Assembly (NCBI GenBank): GCA_017654855.1
Contig: CM030337.1
Span: 3,844,001 to 3,908,000 of the forward strand
Direction: 5' to 3'
Origin: Podospora anserina
Taxonomy: Eukaryota
DNA length: 64,000 nucleotides
Below are positions 13,195 through 25,929 of the stretch, piece after piece; the first letter of the stretch is position 1; every line of letters starts with the position of its first letter. A model generated the notes under the pieces. That model ran no database searches. It had not been told where the DNA came from and worked only from the letters and a program-made list of their open reading frames with translations. Both the position numbers and the translations under genes were made by a program.

Positions 13195-14521
13195 GACGAC
13201 GAATTTTTGGAGTATCTGGGCTGGAAGGGAAGGTCTCGGGGTGACCACGTATGGTATTTGGAATCGTCTAGTTGTCACGTCTCGAAAATGTGGTGTATAA
13301 GATGTTGCCGGGCAAAGGGTACGATGGTGATAATAATCTGGGAACTGAAACTTCAGAAAGATAGATGCACTTGAAAATAAAAGACAGAAAAATATGATAA
13401 GATGGAGTTGGAGCTGCGAAATCTTATAACGGCACGCGAAGCGTTCATAGTGCTGCATTTTGGGTCATTGGGCACTGACAAAATGGAGAATATAGGCAAG
13501 CTTCCAAAATTATCTACACCAGTTTCCTCCTCTTGCTGAGCTGGCCAGCATGACCACAGGTTTAACGGCCTGCATGTGTCGAGGTAATGTGCTGTAGCAG
13601 ACCTCGAGTCGTGATAAACGAGCGCCATATCAGCGCTCTGGGAAGGCAGGTCTCACATCTGATAGGTACAATGTGATGTTCTCTCTTTTCCCTCAATCTC
13701 GACCCAATGGGATGGCTCAGCCTTACTGTTTCTGTGTCGCTAGGTAGCAGTCTGTGTGGAGTAATGGGTAAGGTCTCCAACCAGTTTTTCACAGCTCAGA
13801 GATGGGAGTTGACCTCGGTCAAGGATTTCCCTGATGGTCCCTGATTGGATAAAGCTCCCCGCAAGTTCTCTCTTTTGCCCCTTTTGTGCAACCAATGTTC
13901 AAGCATAACGCGCTGTTGGCCAAAGCTCAGTGCCCCGCTTGTCTTCTCTCTTTTCCCCAAACTACGGGGATCGATGATGCCTGCCCACGTGCTATTGCAC
14001 AATTTTTGGTAGCCACTGTTGGAGGTAGCACGGCCCAGAATAAGGAGCCCTGTTTCATCGCTAGAAACCATGAACCCGTAGATGTTAACTTTCGCAAATT
14101 GCCAGTTGGAGGATGGAAATACCAGCCACAACAAAGGTTCACGCAGAATCACGACGATCTCGCCGAGAATTTTTGGACAATAGCTTCATCGCTGACACAT
14201 GGAAAACCCCTCGAAGAGTGAAGCGTTCACTCTTTATAGGTACCTGCTGGGGGATGTTGAGTCTAAAGTTCACCTGTATAAGGGGTTATCATACACCTGA
14301 GGCCAGCCGAATACCATACATCATCTCCGACCAGCCTTAGAGTATTCGAGAAGAGGATGCGGTTGCTTCTGAGAACGAACGTAGATGACAGAGTTGGGCA
14401 TCGTCAAACCCCTGAAAATGCCAAGCCGGGACTCAGGGTTTTTTCACAGCCTGGGGAACGCTTGGCATTGCAACGTGTGAAACCCTCCTCAAGGCGGCCA
14501 GTCAAACGTCGGCTCCAGAAA

Positions 14522-14580
14522 TGAGAAAAGAGAAAAGAGAGAAAAGAGAGAAAAGAGGGAAGAGAAAAGAGAGAAGAGAG
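14522..14580. repeat. Homopurine GAGAAAA repeat tract upstream of the oxidase gene
   Basis: gagaaaagagaaaagagagaaaagagagaaaagagggaagagaaaagagagaagagag. Confidence 0.8.
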
Positions 14581-14748
14581 AACTCCAGGGCTACAAGCTA
14601 TAAGCGAAAAGTCCCCATTTGATCCTGCTCGGGATGCATACCTTACCCACCTCAGTCGATTCCGCCGATATCTGGTTTTCTCTTTCTACTCTTGTGGAGT
14701 TCTCTCCTTTTTAGCAGGTGCCACTTCTGGCCAGACCCGGTCGTTATT

Positions 14749-16329
14749 ATGGGCATTTTTCAGAGCAAAGTGGTCCGCCATGGGAAGTCATATATCATCG
14801 TGGGAGCAGGTGCCTTTGGAGCATCAACAGCACTGCACCTCATTCGGAAGTATCCCTCGGCCAAAATCTACCTTGTAGATCGAAAACCTTACCCTCCCGA
14901 ACGGGCCGCATCTTGGGACTGGAACAAAGTGATCCGCGCAGACTACACTACACGCGTGTATATGAACCTTGCACTGGAGGCCTTGGAGAAGTGGACAGAG
15001 GACAAACTATATCGGGAATTCTATCACCAAAGTGGGCTTGCCTGGGTCGCCGATTCCGAGTTTTACCAGTCCATTATCAACAATTACCGTCAGTTTCCTG
15101 GTTCGAAACATCAGGTACAACTCCTGAGCACCCAGGATGTCCGCAATCTCTGGGGAGGGATTCACGCCGATGCTGTGTACCAGGATGTCAAGGAAGTCTT
15201 TTACAACAAGACAGGGGGGTGGGCTGAGGCTGCGAATGCACTTCGGAAGGTTATCGACACAGCCGTTCGTGAAGGTGTCAAATACGTCGAGGCTGATGTC
15301 AAGAAAGTTCTTCTCGACAAGGACGGGTCTGCAATTGGCGTGATCACCGAAGAAGGGAGAGCCATACATGCATCACACACTGTTCTAGCCACCGGCGCCA
15401 TGACCGCAAACATTCTCGCCGATAGCGCACCAACGGAGCCAAAACTTCAATTGGGAAGCCGGATGACAGCAGCTGCGATCTGTTCCGCAATGGTAAAGCT
15501 GGACGAAAGAGAAGCCAGTCTCTTCAAGACAGGTCCGGTGTTCGCAAATGATCTGGACACTGTCATAGGTATGACAGCCATTGAGCAGCCCGTTTCTACT
15601 TCGTAACAGCATGTCTACTATTACCTGTACAACTTCTGGAGCATTACAATGGGTATAATCTCTATCCCCTTCATAATTCCTAATACTGGTCTTTTGATCT
15701 CTTAAATCATTTCATCAATATCGTTACGCTTCTCAGACTAACACAGTCCAACACCAAATGACAGGAGGTAGTTTGCCACCAAACTCCGACAATCAGCTTA
15801 AGGTGTACAGGGATGAAAGCTTCAGGAATACAGTTCTCCATGAGGCATCTGGGCAAGAGATATCAGTGCCGCCAAGCAAGCCTAGCTACGACCAATGGGA
15901 TTTGTCACCAGGGATGAAGAAAGAGGTCAGGTCAAGCTTTGAGGGCATCTTTGGGGAAAAGGCTAAGGACTGGGAGCTTTTCAATTATCGAATCTGCTGG
16001 TACGTTGAAACTTGGTAGGTACTAGGTACCTACCTACTTAGGCATCGCGCACCATCCATTGAAAACTAACACGCATTATTACTAGGGATGCCGTCACACC
16101 GACCCAAGACCCAATCATCTGTGAGCACCCTCATGCAAAGCAGCTGTTTCTGGTAACAGGTGGTTCATTTCACGGTTACAAGTTTCTCCCGATTATCGGA
16201 AAATACGTTGTCGAGATGCTTGACGGAACCCTCAAACCTGAACTAGCCAAAATTTGGGCTTGGGACAAGGAGAACAATGGGGAGGCCCATGAAGGCATGT
16301 TTCCAACGCGGGAGATGGCAGATGTTTGA
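14749..16329 (+). CDS. FAD-dependent oxidoreductase, fructosyl-amino acid / pipecolate / sarcosine oxidase family (3 exons)
   Basis: IIVGAGAFGASTALHL, AASWDWNKVIRADY, YRICW|DAVTPTQDPIICEHP, TGGSFHGYKFLPIIG; stop TGA 16327-16329. Confidence 0.9.
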
Positions 16330-16880
16330 ACTTGGGGCCGCAGAACTCGGTTCTCGGTTTCCTTGCGCCGCAATACTTCCATGGACGGCACTTTCGTTTG
16401 AATCAGCGTCACCGGCAAGGCCATGCGGCTCTGTTCGAGTTGCGGGATTTTCTTTTTGGCGGTGGTCGTTCAGGATGCACATGAGGTGTGGGGTGCATGA
16501 CATCGTTTCTGCACTTTCAAGCACCCTCCGTTTTTTACGCTATCCGGGTCCAATAGGGGTCTTCACTGCGTAACAAGTTATGTTTTAGGAGGGCCAAAAC
16601 GAGGGGAAATTAGTCAGAGCCTTGCTCAAGCCCTTTCCGCTATTCGCCAGCAAAACGAATGGCAGTCCAGCGAGAGCCTTATCCCAAAAGGGGAAGGGGC
16701 AAGCTGAGTATGGGGTAATCTTTGACTATCTATATAGTTATCATTTCCTGCCTAGCTTGCCTATATCAACTCCCTGTTATTTGAATATTGGCCTAAGATT
16801 TTCACCTACCTTACCTTACCAACGCAGACTGGTTGGAGGACGGGAACCCAGAACCCAAAACAAGACAAAGCTTGCTGCAA

Positions 16881-18110
16881 ATGGCTCCCAGTATATTCCT
16901 GTATAGTTTCACCACGGTGTTGTACTATCCGGTATTTTCAAGCTGACACTTATTGTTTCGCCAGAACTGGAGGAACAGGATACATTGGTGGTTCTGTGTT
17001 GGCTGCTCTCGTCAAACAACACCCAGAATATGATATCACGGTGCTCTTGCGCAATGTTCCGGATACCTTCACCTCCCAATACCCCAACGTGAAGATTGTC
17101 CGAGGAGATTTTGATGATACAGCACTCATTGCTGATACTGCATCCAAGGCAGATATTGTCATTCGTATGTGCTGGTCACCCCTTTGTTACAACCCATGAG
17201 TCGTGTTGACGATACTGAATTACGCACGCAACAGACAACGGGAACAGTAAACATGAGCCCTCCATCCAAGCACACATTGATGGTCTGCTTCGGAATGGCA
17301 CCCCTTCTTCTCCTCGTTTCCTCATCCGTCTTGGCGGTACAGGCGCCATCGCCGACTGGGCAGACTCGTCCTACTACGGCGAGAAGAACCCAAGGGTTTG
17401 GAATGACATTCACGATATCGAGCAGCTGACGTCCCTACCGGACACAGCGTTGCATCGGAACATCGAGAAAATTGTCCAAAATGCAGCAGTGGATCACGGC
17501 GATCGTCTCAAGTGTGCAATCATCTGCTCTTGTGGAGTGTATGGACCTGGAAAGGGACCCGGAAGGGCACAGAGCCAATTGGTGCCTCTGTTCTGTGATG
17601 AGATCATCAACAACACCAAGCGTGCGTTTTACACTCAGTCCGGAGGAAACGCTCGAAGCTGGGTGCACATCGATGATCTTGTGGCGGTTTACATAAAACT
17701 GGTCGAGGCAGCCGCAGCTGGCGGGGGAAATGCTGACTGGGGTCTTCACGTACGTACAGATCAATATGATACCTATGATGAGAAGAAACACTGACACGTT
17801 GTTCTGGTAGGGATATTACTTCACAGCCACGCAGGAAGTCTCCCAGCTCGACTTCGCCACTGCCATTGGCCGTATTCTCAAGAAGCACGGTGTTATTGAA
17901 TATGAGGAGCCTGTGCAGCTGCCTCTAGATGACATCTGGAAGACTGCACAAAAGTCTAAATGGCGCTACACAGGGATCTACGCATTTGCTTGCAACACAC
18001 GGACAGTCAGCGAAAGAGCACGAAAGGTCCTCGGTTACGAGCCAAAAGCCCCGAGTCTTTTTGACTGCCTTGAGGAGGACGTCTTGGCCGCGGTGAGAAG
18101 AGGAGCATGA
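16881..18110 (+). CDS. Atypical/extended SDR, NAD(P)-binding epimerase-like protein (4 exons)
   Basis: MAPSIFL|TGGTGYIGGSVL, VYGPGKGP and SWVHIDDLV motifs; canonical introns. Confidence 0.88.
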
Positions 18111-19067
18111 ACAACGGGCCTTTTCATTGGCACTTCTTTGGCTTTTTATTTACTCTGCAAGTGGATCATCTTGGCTCTGTGGGGAGGATTGGTGCAAGGC
18201 GTATCCAGGGGCTCGGGGGCTTAGGGGCAAAGCCCCACTTTGGCTGCTTCAAGTCAATCTAATCTGACTTTGTTCTTGAGATAGGTTCGCCGTACGATAC
18301 AACCTGGATATTAGCTTGATGAGATTTTGAATAGGCTGTGTTGTTTGACTCTCTGACATATCTACATACCTGGTTCATGCCAGTAAGAGGTGAAAGGCTC
18401 GACATGTCACTCGACCTAGAAACGTGTCGCCTCCCATTTCAGCAGATAGAACATAACAACATCAGACCCCAGGGTACGCAGTTTTTTCTTCTTCCACGTT
18501 ATAGTTCTCAGCTCCACAGCTGAGCAACCTTCATGGTTCATTCAACCAGTGCCGGATAATTGCAAGATTGGTGGAATTTGGCCCTGTCCGGTCGTCCAGA
18601 TACGCACCTCGGCAACGGCACCCCCGGTGGCGGAGATAATTGAGCCCAGATACTTACCACACCACCGTGTCGGTACTTGCATGCAAAGATTCGCCCAGCT
18701 AGGTGATCGCTATCGAGTTTTCTCGGCAATCGAACAGCTTTTGTATCCTAAATGTAGATCGGATGTTGTCGACTCGATTGTCGGGTTTCACCCTTGAGAT
18801 AAATTGGTAAACCAGTCGGAGATCCACAACCCACCTCGGAATGTTACCGTGAGATTTCTCCGCCGGGTCTTGACCTCATCCAGAAGCACTATACCGTTCT
18901 GATAGAACAGAACCAGACTATCATGAGGCGACGCACTATAGGGCGGGTAAATGCATCCATCATAACGACCGAAAACCCCCCTTTCTGTCATTGATAGTTG
19001 TCCTGTTTCTACAAATCTGGCCTAACTCTCAGCTTGAGTTTAGCTTCATTCAGAACGGCTCGCAAAA

Positions 19068-20625
19068 ATGAGAATCTCTGTGTTGGCGGCTTTATTCTCC
19101 GGGGTGCTGGCTGCTGCCTCGCCAACACTTGACAGACGACGACAGCCTCTAACAAATGCAAACTCAACCGATCTAGCAAACATCGGCTTTGCAACTCAGA
19201 ATGGAGGGTGAGTGTTCTCTTCTGTCTCTATCTTCTTGAACAGCCTTTGACGCCACTCAGGACAACCGGTGGCCTCGGTGCCAATGCGACAACCGTTACT
19301 ACCCTTGCCGAGCTCAGTGCCGCCGTCTCGGAAACCAACCCACTGCCCGCCATAGTCTTCATTAAAGGAGCCATCACTGGTGCCACAAAGGTCAGAGTGG
19401 GGAGTAACAAAAGCATCATCGGCCTCCCTGGGTCATCCCTCAGGGGAATCGGCTTCATAATACGCCACCAAAAGAACGTCATCATCCGGAATCTTGTCTC
19501 GTCTCACGTCGTTGCCTCATTAGCTGAGGATGCCGTGAAGATTGACAGCAGCACCAACATATGGATTGATCACTGCGAGTTCTCCTCCGCTCTCGTTGCA
19601 GATAAAGACTATTATGATGGTCTTGTGGACGCCTCTCATGGTTCAGACTTCATCACGGTTTCCCAGTGAGCTCAACTTCCTTCATAAGATCGCAAGTAAA
19701 GCTAACCTAGAAAAGCACCTACTTCCACGACCATTGGAAGACGACTCTCGTAGGCCATTCCGACTCCAACGCCGCCCAAGACACCGGCAAACTTCGCATC
19801 ACCTACGCCAACAACTACTTCCGCAATATCAACTCCCGCGCCCCCCTCATCAGATTTGGCACAGCCCACATCTTCAACAATCTCTACGAAAGTGTTGGCA
19901 GCGCAATCAACACCCGCATGTCCGCCCAGGTCCTGGTTGAGTCCAATTACTTTCTGAATGTGACCACAGCAGTGACAAGCAAAGATTCGAAAGAAGTCGG
20001 ATATGCAAGGTTGGAGGATAATGTCTTTGGGAGGGCAGCCAGTAACGCGCCGGTGGGGAGCTTGACCAAACAGACGATTCCGTACGCGTATACTCTCTTG
20101 GGAAGTGGAAAGGTGCAAGGGGCAGTGCCCTTACAGGCGGGGGCGAGACTGAATGTTACCGTGCCGGTGCCTGTACAGCCAGAGCCAACAACGACTTCTT
20201 CGTCGACAACCACATCGCAGACAAGCATGTCCACTACAACAACTTTAGTGACCACCACGTCTGCTCCAATTACAACCACGTCGGTCATAAGCACCCCGAG
20301 TACGACTACATCGATTACTAGCATCATGGTCACTACCACCTTAGTCGAGTCGCCAACCACAGTCGAGCCAACAGTAGAGCCTACAACTACTGAGCCCACA
20401 ACAACCACTGAGCCAACCACTACCTCTGACCCAACCTCAGCAACTGAGCTGACTACTACCTCTGAGCCGACCCCAACAATGGAATCTCCCACTGAAGCCC
20501 CAACTACAGCAGAGCCTACAACAACAGCAGAACTGACAACAATGACCACAAACCCAGAGCCAACCGAGTCCACCGACCCGGACACCTCCCAACCAACCGA
20601 GACACCCAACCCCACCACACCATAG
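19068..20625 (+). CDS. Secreted pectate lyase (PL1) with Thr/Glu/Pro-rich C-terminal tail
   Basis: Signal peptide MRISVLAALFSGVLAAA; GFATQNGG|TTGG, VGSNKSIIG, NVIIRNL, NIWIDH, SRAPLIRFGTAHIFNN; followed by EPTT repeats. Confidence 0.92.
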
Positions 20626-20789
20626 TCAGTTCACTAGACAGTCATATCATCCAGCAATCAAGCAAATCACTCAAGTCAAAGCAGATATATTTTGCCATGA
20701 ATAGTCACAACCATAGATAGCTCCCCCTGCCAACCCCCCAGAGAGCCGTGACTACTACCCCTGCCACTCCAACCCATTTTCAAACCCAC

Positions 20790-21158
20790 TTAAACAGTAA
20801 CAGGCGTGCAGCCTCTAGGAGCAAAGCAGACAAAGCCAGGGGAGGCGCAGCAACGAGCATAAGAGGTGCCCTGGGCAAAGGTGAGGCCGTTGCAGAGCTA
20901 GGTATCCACTTTGTCAGCTTATTCCTGTCAGATATAGAAACACGTGAAAAAACAACGTACGGTGCCTCCGTTGCCCAAAGTCCCACCAACAGACCGGCAG
21001 CAGGTGGCCGTGTCAGGAGGGGGGGAGGGCTCGCCGCTGCCGGAGGAGCAGCCGCAGTCGTAGACGCAGGTCTGGCGCGCGTCGATCTCGCTGTCGGGCT
21101 GGGGAGCCGCCGAGACGAGGGCCGTGAGGGCGAGGATGAGGGTGGTGGTGAACTTCAT
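20790..21158 (-). CDS. Small secreted cysteine-rich protein (101 aa, 10 Cys, 2 exons)
   Basis: MKFTTTLILALTALVSAAP...DARQTCVYDCGC...TCC...GT|LCNG...RCC...VCFAPRGCTPVTV*. Intron GTACGT...GCTGAC...TAG; TATAAAA upstream (~21255). Confidence 0.85.
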
Positions 21159-21673
21159 CTTGAAGGTTTGTTCTCGTCGAAAGTGTTGTTTGAATAGTGC
21201 TTGAGAGGCTGATGATGAAAGAACTCCAAGTGAAGACGTGATCAGGCCTTTTATACTTTTCTCGAGCGTGATCGTGCCCCGCGGGAATAGAAACAACAAC
21301 TTCCACCGCGCCCATTGCCATCCCCTGTCACCTCGCACTCTGAGGCTCTATAGGATCTCGGACCCAAACATCCATCTTCACGATGACGACCGTATATTGC
21401 TTCCCTCGCCAATAGGACTGGTTCCGCTCTTGTAGATGCCTGTGCAGTTAGCATTAGCGCTCATGCTATCCCTCTTCTGTCTCATAGTCTCTGGGTGGTG
21501 CAACCATAGTCAAGTCTCATGATACAACTTTGTCAGCGGGAAACATGCTCTCACCGAGAACAACAACCAAGAAATGCAACATCAGTTGTATTGGTCTCAA
21601 AACAAGACCAAAATGTCCGAAGCATCCGGTGCTAACACAAGACAATCTAGTTAGACCCCTTCTTCAGCTCCAA

Positions 21674-23528
21674 TCACTGCTTCCTGCAGACCCTCCCATC
21701 ACCATCAAGCTCCCAGTCCTCACTACCCACAGCAGTCAAAGCGTAAAACACCCCCGTAGGATCCCACGTATCCTTCACATTCCTCAACTTCTTGTAATTC
21801 TCCAACCCATAAAACTGCTCCTGCCAATCCTCCTGCTCAAAGTTGGCCTCATTGAGATAACACCCACCCCCCGGCGTAGCGGCATCAAGAGCAGGCTGCA
21901 CCACCTCGGTCAAGGCCTTCTGCATCTTCATCATCTCCGCCCTGTCAATCGAGTAGTCCCACTTCCCCACAACAAGACAGAAAGCCATCGCATTCCTCCA
22001 AGCAGGATTCACAGAAGAAACCACCCCCTCCCTCAACCCAACCTTTGCACTCGACGCAACACACCCAAAAGTGAACCCCTTCTCCTGGATAGCCATCCTC
22101 ATCGTCGCAGTCAGATTCTTCCCCATCTCCTCATCCGACACCACCGCCCTGGGCAACAACCTCCCCCCCGTCACCTGCGAGACCGGATACCAGCCATACG
22201 GAATCGGCCCAAACGAAGCATTGTAATGCTCCAAAAACGTCTCCGACACCTTGGCCGAATACTCGTACTTCACCCCCCTCGCCGTCAAGTCATCCGTAAA
22301 AGGCTTCATCGCCGTGTCCACACACTCCGTCGTGTCACAGTCAGGAACAGTAACGCTATACGTCGTCAACGCGGGGACCTTCCTGTCAGGCCAGGCATAA
22401 ATCAGATAGACCAGACTGTTCCCCGCGTCAACAAACGGAATGGTCAAGTTCTGCAGTGAGCCGACAGCATCCCAAAAGGCGTTGACATCTTCTTTCTTGT
22501 CTGACGCGGCGGCAAAGGTAAAGTTGTTCGCACCGCCGACTTTTCTGTCCTCGAATAGGCGGGTGGTCATGCTGATGACAACACCGAACGTCCCGCCGCC
22601 GCCACCAGAAAGAGCAAAATACAGGTCTTGGTTTTCCTTCGGAGTGGCGGTGACAAGAGTGCCATTTGCTGTCACAACCTCCCACTCGAGGACGTTGTCA
22701 GCCGAAAGGCCATACTTGCTTGTGAGAATAGAGTGCCCTCCTCCCTGGGTATACCCTCCGGCCAAACCAACGGTGGGGCACGAGCCAGAGAGCGTGAGGT
22801 AGCCGGATTCCTTGAGGGAATCCAAAACATCAAAGCCTTGCACGCCAGCCCCGATCTTGACGGCGGGGCCGTTGTAGTCGTCACTGCTGTAGTCCTCGAT
22901 AATAGAGATGTTCTTGAGGTTGTGGGTCCAAAAGGAGAGGGCACCCTTGCCGGTGGACTTGCCGAGGTAATCGTGGCCTGTGTTCTTGATCACGACGCGG
23001 AGGTTGTGCTGGGTTGCAAAGGCGAGGCCGGCCTTGACGTCGTCGGCAGCGGTGTCGGTGGTGAGGTTGACAGCGTAGCTGACGTAGTTGCCGAGCTCAC
23101 ACTCTTGATCTACGGAGGTGAAAGGGTCACAAGTGGCGTTTTGGAAGATGGGCGCGTTGAACTCGACTGGTTCGACGAAGCTGTGTGTTGTGTTTAGTGG
23201 CTAACCCAACACAAATAGGGGGGTCAGCTTACTGAGTCTCGGGCCTATCCCAGCCTTCCCTCGCCTCGCCGCATCTCGTCTCATTGTAGATGTTGAAAGG
23301 CCCGTTGTGGCACACGGCAGCCAAGGGAACCGAGGCAATCAAGCGGCCACCAAGCGTCTCGTTCAGGGCTGACCAGTCACCGTCTCCTGGCCATGTGCTA
23401 TCACCAGGGATTAACTTGCAGCTGCTGGTGCCATTAAGACTATGCCCGGTGCCGTTCCAATTATGCCCGGGAGCGAGTGGGGTGAGTAACGACAACGCAG
23501 TCGTGGTGTAAAGTTGGTGGTTGACCAT
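21674..23528 (-). CDS. FAD-binding berberine-bridge-enzyme-like oxidase (AA7/VAO superfamily), probably secreted
   Basis: CKLIPGDSTWP, IKNTGHDYLGKSTGKGALSFWTH, CPTVGLAGGYTQGGGHS, FALSGGGGGTFGVV, GCYLNEA, WDPTGVFY. One intron near 23180-23232. Start uncertain. Confidence 0.9.
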
Positions 23529-24998
23529 CTCGAAAGGACGTTGCTCTACAAGAAGAGGCTCGTCAAGATCTGGCTCGATTGTACTGACGTTCGCTAATAT
23601 TCCACCGGCGAGGAGAAGGATAGCGAGGAGTAGATTCGAAGTGAAACAGGAGGAACTCGCCCTGATATAACCATTACAGCCCTTGGGAGCCGTCCTCCAT
23701 GAAGTCATGAGCAGATTCGACATTAAAAATCCAGGAACGCTCATTGCTCGTCTCTACGGCCGCAATATCTCGTCATTCGACTTTTTTCACTTCCAGGTGT
23801 GCGTGAACAATCGGGGATTGCTCCCCTTCCCCGCCAAATTATTCCGACATCTGCACAGCAACTCCATCGTTGGCGGAGTTTACGGGCATATTCTGACCCG
23901 GGGGTTCGTTGGTGTTGCTGTGCATCGAGGGGGTGACAAGGGACAAAGATTGATGGGTTACACACCTACACCAGAGCGGGAAGAGCACTTGCTGTGCTGA
24001 GCCACGATGCAGGTCCAATGGTCGGCTCGGGCGGGTCGATGCTGCGCGGGAATGCCTGCCATTGGGTATCGGAGCAGATTTACGCCCGCAGCGTTGCACA
24101 CGGCTTCTTACGTGCAGAAGAATGGAGCTTTTTCATCCCAACGAGGGAGTCCTTCGGGTTGGGGTTGGGAAGCCTCGACCTCGGGAGAGGTTCGCTCTGG
24201 ACGTGATGAGTCAGGTAGTTCGGTCCTCGTGCCCAGCTTTGGTTGTTTGTTACGGCAATTGCGAGAGATCGGTGGTGGCTCAGTCATGCCATTTTTTTGT
24301 GAACAGTCCGAGTAGTTCGAGGTGGCTGGTAAGTATGTTTGCGATGAAGGAGGGGTGCATGCCGCTCGATGTCGAGGTATGTCAGCAACAATGCGACATC
24401 AGGCGGGATCTTTGCACATCAATTACCAGGAGCAGCAACCCAGTATGCCTTGGTCGGATCAGCTATCTAGAGCTGCTCGCAACGGTGCTATGTCAACGCC
24501 GCCTGGTGTTGTTGTCCAAAGCATCGCATCGAGGGACTGGAATCTCCTGTTGTGTGAAGACCGACGGGGAAAAAGAGCGGAATATCGACTTAGCCATCTC
24601 ATGCTCGGACTGAGATTTATTCCAGGTTAGTAGATTCTCACAGAGTCAGACAATTCGGTAACAATAGGTCGTTATTCATTACACTACATCAACGTAGCAC
24701 ATAGGTAGAAAACATAGCGTCTCAAAATTTCCTTTCTTTCCCCCAGCCTCCAAGGCGAAGGTGCCGTACAGCAATGAACATCGTGTCTGGAGAACAAACT
24801 GCGCCCTCCGCCTCGATGAGGGCGCAGCCTGTTCGAGACTCACTATGCTCCCTTCAAAACCTCGAAATAGTCCCAGAAAACTGCAGTTCTCTCTTTGTCC
24901 CTTCTTGTCAAACATCTTCTGCGAAAATAGAACCGAAACAAAAAAATATCAAAAGAGACAGTCGTGTACGTGTCAAAGAAAACTGGGAATGTTGGCGG

Positions 24999-25929
24999 CT
25001 ACTTCTTCCCCCCGCGAACTGCTTTGGTGTTTCCATCATGGTCCTTGTGCTTTCTTCGGATATGGCGCAAAGCATGATCTGGCCTCGAGACAGCAAATGT
25101 TTGAGAGCACCCTGATACTGGGCAAGGGAATAGAGCGATCGAGATCCCAAACTCGTGAGCTCTGTCTTTGTGGCGGGACGCAATGTGCTTTTTTACATCT
25201 GATCGGTATTGATGGCCCTTTTGGCAAATTGGACACTTTTCAGGCTTCTCGAGCTGTCGGATCTGGCGCCTGTTACAATCTAGTTAGTCTTTGCACAGTT
25301 CAAGAAGATCATTAAAGGGGAAATTCTGCTCACGCCGGGATGAAGGAAGGGTCACGTCGTCGACGGGAGTTGCGAGGCCTAGTAGACGTTTGTGGGGGGC
25401 TAGGAAACGCCGTGGTGGGATTCACCCTTGGATTTTCTGCAACTTGAACTGTGCGGTCTCCTTGACCATTTGCTAACTCAAAGGACTCACAGTGCTGTAG
25501 TGGAGCCAAGGGTCTCGGAGTAAATGGCAAGAAGGACGGCGGCGTTGACATGGTCATCGACATCTGGCTCGGTGACAAAGACGAGACATCTGATGTAATG
25601 GACGGACAGGCGATCGAGTCTGTGTAGGCAGAAGCCGTCCATACAGAATGTGAACTTTCCATGCCGATCTGCGCCAGACACATGCTGAAGTCGAAATCGG
25701 GGAAAGAACCCAGATTAGGCGACAAAAAATTGAAATCGATAAGAGTAGGGTCGCCGCCATCCCACTGGCTGCTTTGTTCGGGTTGTTGGTGAATGGCTCC
25801 TTCTGACTGTGGCAGCAAGGGGACGCCAGTGTCGAGGGATGCACCAAAAGTAGGAAAGTCCAGGGGAACAAGATATGGATCTTCCCAAAGCCACGGTAGG
25901 GGGTCTGTATTGTCGTGTAGGGTCTCCAT
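24999..25929 (-). CDS. C2H2 zinc-finger transcription factor (2 exons)
   Basis: Acidic N-terminal exon, then intron GTGAGC...ACTAAC...CAG (~25270-25333). Exon 2 is absent from the ORF track and encodes CPICQKGHQYRSDVKKHIASRH and CPVSGCSQTFAVSRPDHALRHIRRKH...GGKK*. Confidence 0.82.

Noticed and set aside
19947..20618. Val-rich 223-aa minus-strand ORF
   Set aside because: Reverse complement of the Thr-rich pectate lyase tail.
21530..22459. 309-aa plus-strand ORF
   Set aside because: Antisense shadow of the BBE-like oxidase, with biased composition.
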